Assembly (NCBI GenBank): GCA_016709495.1
Contig: JADJMS010000015.1
Span: 11,981 to 75,980, forward strand
Reading direction: 5' to 3'
DNA length: 64,000 nucleotides
DNA from: Candidatus Dechloromonas phosphorivorans
Lineage (GTDB): Bacteria > Pseudomonadota > Gammaproteobacteria > Burkholderiales > Rhodocyclaceae
Below the pieces are notes generated by a model. That model saw only the letters and a list, made by a program, of their open reading frames with translations, was not told the origin of the DNA and made no database searches. Below are positions 57,881 to 64,000 of this stretch, piece after piece (position 1 is the stretch's first letter; each line of letters begins with the position of its first letter). A program made the position numbers and the translations under genes.

Positions 57881-59972
57881 TTATTTGACTCGCATTCCCG
57901 GCAGGGCGCCAGAATCCGGCGATAGGAGGAAGATTCCAGGACTTTTGCCTTCTGTATCAGAGGCTGCCAGTACCATGCCTTCCGACATGCCGAATTTCAT
58001 CTTGCGCGGTGCCAGATTGGCGACCATGACGGTCAGGCGACCAATCAGTTGTGCTGGATCGTAAGCTGACTTGATGCCGGCAAAAACATTGCGCGTTTCG
58101 TTGTTGCCCACATCCAGCGTCAGGCGCACCAGCTTGTCGGCGCCTTCAACGTGTTCCGCATTGGCGATGCGGACGATGCGCAGATCAACCTTCATGAAGT
58201 CGTCGATATTGCAGAAAGGCTCCCACGGGCTTTCCGGCTTGATTTCCTTCTGCTGATGCTCGGCATGGCGCTGTGGTGAAATTTGTTCCGGGGTTGGCGC
58301 CAGCGATTCCTTGTTGGCTTCAACCAGCTTTTCGATCAGCTTCGGATCAACGCGCGTCATCAGATGCTCATAGGCGTTGATGCCATGCCCGGCGGCGAGC
58401 AGGTTTTGAGCATCAGTCCAGTTTAGCGGTGCAATATTAAGGAAAGTTTCAACTCGCCCGGCAAGCACCGGCAGGATCGGCTTCAACATGACGGTAAGCA
58501 GGCGGAACAGGTTGAGCGCATTGCTGCAGGCAACGTGCAGCTCGCCTTCCTTGCCTTCCTGCTTGGCCAGCTCCCATGGCTTGACGCTATCAACGTACTG
58601 GTTTGCGGCATCGGTCAGCAACATGATTTCGCGCATGGCCTTGCCGAATTCGCGGGCTTCGTAAAGTTCTGCGATACGACCAGCGGCTTCCTGAATTGCC
58701 TTGATCGCTGGCAAATCCGCGTTAGCCGGGGCTAACTGGCCGTTGAAGCGCTTGGCAACGAAACCCGCCGAGCGGCTGGCGATATTGACGTACTTGCCGA
58801 CCAAATCCGAATTGACACGCGCGGCGAAATCCTCAAGGTTGAGGTCGATGTCTTCCATGGTCGCCGACAGTTTGGCGGCGTAGTAATAACGCAGCCATTC
58901 CGGTTGAGCCCGGTGTCGAGATAAGCTTTCCGCGGTGATGAAGGTGCCGCGCGATTTCGACATCTTGGCACTGTCGACCGTCAGGAATCCGTGTGCAAAG
59001 ATCTTGGTTGGTGTACGGAAACCTGCATGGGCCAGTTCGGCCGGCCAGAAAAGGGCATGGAAGTAAAGAATGTCCTTGCCGATGAAGTGGTAGAGCTCGG
59101 TTTTGGAATCAGGCTTGAAATACTCGTCAAAATCGAGGCCATTCTTGCCGCACAGATTTTTGAAGGAACCCATATAGCCGATCGGCGCGTCGAGCCAGAC
59201 ATAGAAATACTTGCCTGGTGCGTCGGGGATTTCGAAGCCGAAGTAGGGTGCGTCGCGCGAAATATCCCAGTCGGTCAGCTTGTTTTCGCCATCCGCACCC
59301 AGCCATTCCTGCATCTTGTTGGCCGCTTCCGGTTGCAGCACGCCGTTGTCGCGACTGGTGTACTGGCGCAGGAAGGCTTCACAGCGTGGGTCTGAGAGTT
59401 TGAAAAAATAATGTTCGGAGGTTCGCAACTCCGGCTTGGCTCCGGAAATGGCCGAGAACGGCTCAATCAGATCGGTTGGGGCATAGGCTGCGCCACAAAC
59501 TTCACAGTTGTCGCCATATTGTTCTTTGGCATGGCATTTGGGGCATTCACCCTTGATGAAGCGGTCAGGCAGGAAGAGTTGTTTGACCGGGTCGTAATAC
59601 TGCTCGATGGTGCGTGTTTCGATCAGGCCGGCGTCACGCAGGCGGGTGTAGATGGTGTTGGCACATTCGCGATTTTCCGGCGAATGGGTACTGTGGTAAT
59701 TGTCGAAACCAACATGGAAGCCGGCAAAGTCGCGGGTATGTTCGCCATGTACGCGTGCTATCAGTTGTTCCGGTGTAATGCCTTCCTTCTCGGCGCGCAA
59801 CATGATCGGCGTGCCGTGCGTGTCGTCGGCGCAAACATACCAGCACTCGTTACCAGCCATTTTCTGGAAACGCACCCAGATGTCGGTCTGAATGTATTCA
59901 ACCAGATGACCAAAGGTGAATGGCGCCGTTGGCGTAAGGCAGGGCGGAGGTAACGAGGATTTTGCGCGACAT
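57881..59972 (-). CDS. metG: Methionyl-tRNA synthetase (1-nt insertion in the A-run 59912-59914)
   Basis: The N-terminus [20 protein letters not shown](G)[21 protein letters not shown] rejoins ORF 57881..59875. KMSKSRG is present, and the C-terminal tRNA-binding domain ends ...GALPGMRVK. Confidence 0.95.
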
Positions 59973-60177
59973 GAGGGCTGGCAGCTAAAAGATAAAGCCG
60001 GATTTTACCGCGAGGGGCGTCTTTATCGGCTTTTTCTGGGATTTTCAAAGATTGAAGCGGTGTTTGAATGCGTTTTGCTATTGTAAATTATTGTGTTAAC
60101 ACACTATTAAAACCCAAAAGGCGTATTGCAACGATGTCTGGGCAAAGGCAGAATGAAACTCAAATAATGAGGTTGAA

Positions 60178-60859
60178 ATGAAATTTGCAGTTATTGAAGA
60201 CAGCCGTAGCCAAGCCGAAGTATTAAAAGCAATTTTAAAGAGCGACGGACATCAAGTTGCTGTTTTTTCAGATGGCCGTTCCTGTATCGAGGCGTTGAAG
60301 ACACAATCTTTCGACTTCTTTGTCATTGACTGGGTCCTGCCCGATATGGGTGGTGACGAAGTGCTCAAGCAATATTCGCGAAACATTGGGTTGGGATGTC
60401 CCGGTAATTTTCTGTACCCGCACCAGTGAAGAGGATGCCGCTGATATGTTGCGGCTGGGGGCTGACGATTACATGACCAAGCCGATCCGCTACATGGAGT
60501 TTTTGGGACGCATTCAGGGTGGGCTACGCCGTCGCCAAGGCAGTAGCCCAGCGCCGGCGCGGTATGGTGCGATGGGAATTGATACAGGAGGCCGGCGAAT
60601 TCGAATGGCGGGCAATGGAAGTCGACCTGACACAGCGTGAGTTTGATCTGGCAGTGGTTTTCCTCAAAACATTGGTCGTTTTGCCGCGCGAAGAATTGAT
60701 GCTCAGAATCTGGGCCCGTGACACCGAGGTTGATACACGAACTGTTGATACTCACGCCAGTCGTTTGCGCAAAAGCTGGGGCTGACCGGTGAAAGCGGTA
60801 TGGTGCTGACCTCGGTTTATGGCCAGGGTTATCGTCTGGATCCGGTTTCGCAGGGCTGA
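60178..60859 (+). pseudogene. OmpR-family response regulator interrupted by three frameshifts (~60375, ~60525, ~60780)
   Basis: REC is MKFAVIEDSRSQAEVL...FFVIDWVLPDMGGDEVLKQ / IRETLGWDVPVIFCTRTSEEDAADMLRLGADDYMTKP. The winged helix is EVDLTQREFDLAVVFL...VDTHASRLRK / LGLTGESGMVLTSVYGQGYRL. Confidence 0.7.
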
Positions 60860-60936
60860 TCCGTAAACACGGTTTCAGGTATACTGGACAAAATCACTCG
60901 GGTATTCCCGCCTGTCCATCCTAAACCGGAGTTTTC

Positions 60937-62028
60937 ATGAGTCTTACAGAACAGCAGATCAAGACCGCCCTGGCTGTTGCGGTCGACCCCAATACTGGCA
61001 AGGATTTTGTTGCTGGCAAGGCGGTTAAGAACATCAAGATCGATGGCGCGGATGTCGCTTTCGACATTGAGCTAGGTTATCCGGCCAAAACCCAGATTGA
61101 CGCCATCCGCAAACAGGTAATTGCTGCCGTACGAAGCATTCCCGGTATTGGCAATGTCTCGGCCAATGTGCATAGCAAAATTGTTGCCCATTCCGTGCAG
61201 ATGGGTGTCAAGCTGATGTCCGGTGTAAAAAATATCATTGCGGTTGCCTCCGGCAAGGGCGGTGTCGGCAAGAGTACGACGGCGGTCAATCTAGCTTTGG
61301 CGCTGGCGCAGGAAGGTGCTCGCGTTGGCATTCTTGATGCCGATATTTATGGCCCGTCACAGCCGCAAATGCTTGGGCTGGCAGGTCAGCAGCCGGAATC
61401 CAAGGATGGCAGCAGCATGGAGCCGCTAGAGGCCTATGGCCTGCAGGCGATGTCGATAGGCTTTATGGTCGATGTCGAAACGCCGATGGTCTGGCGCGGC
61501 CCGATGGTGGCGCAGGCGCTCGATCAGATGCTCGCCCAGACCAACTGGCGCGATATCGATTATCTGATCGTCGACATGCCGCCGGGCACTGGTGACATCC
61601 AGCTTTCTCTGGCCCAGAAAGTCCCGGTGACCGGCGCGATCATCGTCACCACGCCGCAGGATATTGCCCTGATTGATGCGCGCAAGGGATTGAAAATGTT
61701 CGAAAAAGTGAATATTCCAATTCTTGGTATCGTGGAGAATATGAGCATTCATATTTGTTCGAAATGCGGCCACGAAGAGCATATTTTTGGCACCGGTGGC
61801 GGCGCGCAGATGTGCAAGGATTACGACGTCGAATTCCTCGGCAGCCTGCCGCTGGAAATGGCGATTCGTGAGATGGCCGATGGTGGCAAACCAACCGTGG
61901 TTGGCGCACCGGATTCGCGTACTGCAGAGATTTACCGTGGCATCGCGCGCCGCGTGGCGATCAAGGTGGCTGAGAAGGCCAAGGACATGACCTCCAAGTT
62001 CCCGAACATCGTCGTGCAAAACACTTGA
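60937..62028 (+). CDS. apbC: Iron-sulfur cluster carrier ATPase ApbC/Mrp
   Basis: Has an N-terminal DUF59-like domain, VASGKGGVGKSTTAVNLALALA, and CSKCGHEEHIFG (CxxC). Confidence 0.92.
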   Translation: MSLTEQQIKTALAVAVDPNTGKDFVAGKAVKNIKIDGADVAFDIELGYPAKTQIDAIRKQVIAAVRSIPGIGNVSANVHSKIVAHSVQMGVKLMSGVKNIIAVASGKGGVGKSTTAVNLALALAQEGARVGILDADIYGPSQPQMLGLAGQQPESKDGSSMEPLEAYGLQAMSIGFMVDVETPMVWRGPMVAQALDQMLAQTNWRDIDYLIVDMPPGTGDIQLSLAQKVPVTGAIIVTTPQDIALIDARKGLKMFEKVNIPILGIVENMSIHICSKCGHEEHIFGTGGGAQMCKDYDVEFLGSLPLEMAIREMADGGKPTVVGAPDSRTAEIYRGIARRVAIKVAEKAKDMTSKFPNIVVQNT

Positions 62029-62048
62029 AATTTCGTCAAATCCCTAGG

Positions 62049-62080
62049 CAAAGGCGGGTAAAATCCCGCCTTTGTTTTTT
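62049..62080 (+). terminator. Intrinsic terminator of apbC
   Basis: CAAAGGCGGG-TAAAAT-CCCGCCTTTG followed by TTTTTT. Confidence 0.9.
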
Positions 62081-62099
62081 GTAGCGCGGACGAGAGAAA

Positions 62100-62666
62100 A
62101 TGGCCATCAAATCAGACAAATGGATACGCCGCATGGCGGCAGAGCACGGCATGATCGAGCCGTTTTCGCCGGAACTGGTGCGCGAGCAGAATGGCGAGAA
62201 AATCGTTTCCTACGGCACCTCCAGCTACGGCTACGATATTCGTTGCGCCCGCGAATTCAAGGTGTTTACCAACATCAACTCAACGGTGGTTGATCCCAAG
62301 AACTTCGATCCGAAGTCTTTTGTCGAAATCGAATCCGATGTCTGCATCATTCCGCCGAACTCCTTTGCGCTGGCGCGGACGATGGAATATTTCCGCATCC
62401 CGCGCTCTGTGCTGACCGTTTGCCTCGGCAAGAGCACCTATGCCCGCTGCGGCATCATTGTGAACGTGACGCCTTTCGAGCCGGAGTGGGAAGGTTATGT
62501 GACGCTGGAATTCTCCAATACGACTCCTCTGCCAGCCAAGATTTACGCAGGAGAGGGGTGTGCACAGGTCCTTTTCTTCGAGTCCGACGAGGTTTGCGAA
62601 ACCTCTTACAAGGACCGTGGCGGCAAATATCAAGGGCAGGTCGGCGTGACGTTGCCCAAAATCTGA
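62100..62666 (+). CDS. dcd: dCTP deaminase
   Basis: [22 protein letters not shown]...[34 protein letters not shown] is highly characteristic. Confidence 0.95.
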   Translation: MAIKSDKWIRRMAAEHGMIEPFSPELVREQNGEKIVSYGTSSYGYDIRCAREFKVFTNINSTVVDPKNFDPKSFVEIESDVCIIPPNSFALARTMEYFRIPRSVLTVCLGKSTYARCGIIVNVTPFEPEWEGYVTLEFSNTTPLPAKIYAGEGCAQVLFFESDEVCETSYKDRGGKYQGQVGVTLPKI

Positions 62667-62701
62667 CATCGCCGCTCTGTAACAACAACGTCTTATTCTG
62701 T

Positions 62702-62730
62702 GACCCGCTGCGGCGGGTCGCCGCTTTTCA
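62702..62730 (+). terminator. Probable terminator of dcd
   Basis: GACCCGC-TGCG-GCGGGTC followed by GCCGCTTTTC. Confidence 0.6.
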
Positions 62731-62740
62731 AGGATACAAA

Positions 62741-64000
62741 ATGCGCTTCCATTTTCCGGTCATCATCATCGATGAAGATTTTCGTTCGGAGAATACCTCC
62801 GGCCTCGGCATTCGGGCGCTTGCAGATGCCATCGAAAAGGAAGGTCTGGAAGTGCTCGGTGTCACCAGTTATGGCGACCTGACCTCGTTTGCCCAGCAGC
62901 AGTCGCGTGCTAGTGCTTTCATCCTGTCGATCGATGACGAAGAATTGGCCTTGGAGCCGGAAGAAACGTTGGCTGAGTTGCGCGCCTTTGTCAGCGAAAT
63001 CCGCAATCGTAATACTGAAATTCCGATCTTCCTGCACGGCGAAACGCGTACTTCACGCCATATTCCAAACGATGTATTGCGTGAGTTGCACGGCTTTATC
63101 CACATGTTCGAGGATACGCCGGAGTTCATCGCCCGCAACGTCAAGCGCGAAGCCAAGGCCTATCTTGCCTCGCTGCCGCCGCCCTTCTTCCGCGCGCTGG
63201 TGCATTACGCTGCCGACGGTTCATATTCCTGGCACTGTCCCGGCCATTCGGGCGGCGTTGCCTTCCTGAAGTCACCGGTCGGTCAGATGTTCCACCAGTT
63301 TTTTGGCGAGAACATGCTGCGTGCCGACGTCTGCAATGCCGTTGAAGAACTTGGACAACTACTCGATCACACCGGCCCGGTTGCCGCTCCGAGCGCAATG
63401 CGGCACGCATCTTCAACTCGGATCACCTGTACTTTGTAACCAACGGTACCTCAACGTCGAACAAGATCGTCTGGCACTCAACGGTTGCACCGGGCGATAT
63501 TGTGGTTGTCGACCGCAACTGTCACAAATCGATTTTGCACGCGATCATGATGACAGGGGCAATCCCGATTTTTCTGATGCCGACACGCAATAATTTCGGC
63601 ATCATTGGGCCGATCCCGAAGAGCGAATTCGCCTGGGAAAGTATCCAGAAGAAGATTGCCGCCAACCCGTTTATCACAGACAAAACAGCCAAACCACGTG
63701 TGCTGACCATCACGCAATCAACCTACGATGGCATCCTCTACAACGTTGAGGACATCAAGGAGGAGCTGGATGGCAAGATCGACACCCTGCATTTCGACGA
63801 AGCCTGGTTGCCGCACGCCGCATTCCACGATTTCTACGGTGATTACCATGCCATTGGTGCCGATCGTCCGCGCTGCAAGGAGTCGATGATTTTTGCAACG
63901 CAATCAACGCACAAGTTGCTGGCCGGTTTAAGTCAGGCCTCGCAAATTCTGGTCCAGGATGCCGAGAATCAAAAACTCGACCGCGACATCTTCAACGAAG
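62741..64000 (+). CDS. Orn/Lys/Arg decarboxylase (PLP-dependent, large biodegradative type), 5' part; frameshift ~63387; continues past the window
   Basis: The N-terminal wing domain is MRFHFPVIIIDEDFRSENTSGLG.... The major domain is HCPGHSGGVAF...HTGPVAA / SERNAARIFNSDHLYFVTNGTSTSNK...STHKLLAGLSQAS, where the Lys of STHK binds PLP. Confidence 0.88.

Overview
This is a 64-kb chromosomal window of about 55-60% GC. Its gene content and synteny point to a betaproteobacterium, possibly Rhodocyclales-like; that taxonomic call is inference only. The synteny evidence is proA next to holA-lptE-leuS, plus uvrD, dnaE, metG/apbC/dcd, two PEP-CTERM proteins, a TonB-ExbBD-siderophore receptor operon and many c-di-GMP enzymes. 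I saw no rRNA, tRNA, CRISPR array, transposase, integrase or phage genes. Most of the window is housekeeping or ordinary accessory metabolism. Four things stand out. (1) At 39.7-48.7 kb there is a tightly coupled five-gene operon. It encodes a DUF2309/DabA-type vectorial carbonic-anhydrase-like protein embedded among four complex-I antiporter-like (NuoL/M/N, PF00361) subunits. This is an expanded form of the two-gene DAB/MpsAB inorganic-carbon pump, and a CxxCxxCC protein and an O-methyltransferase follow it. (2) A 13-15-nt oligomer, (T)GTTACGGTCAACGC, recurs at least 8 times exactly and twice as a GTCGAC variant. It occurs on both strands, mostly at gene 3' ends, and also in frame inside CDSs, which resembles a DNA-uptake-sequence-like word. 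(3) A ~540-bp diverged direct duplication of a DUF411/FccB gene junction brackets an AT-rich insert. The insert carries a PEP-CTERM gene, and both PEP-CTERM genes in the window have sigma-54-type -24/-12 promoters. (4) About 20 single-base frameshifts hit essential genes (leuS, metG, holA) as well as others. The several I checked by eye are mostly +/-1 changes in short homopolymers. The assembly is therefore probably indel-error rich, and I annotated split ORFs as single genes.
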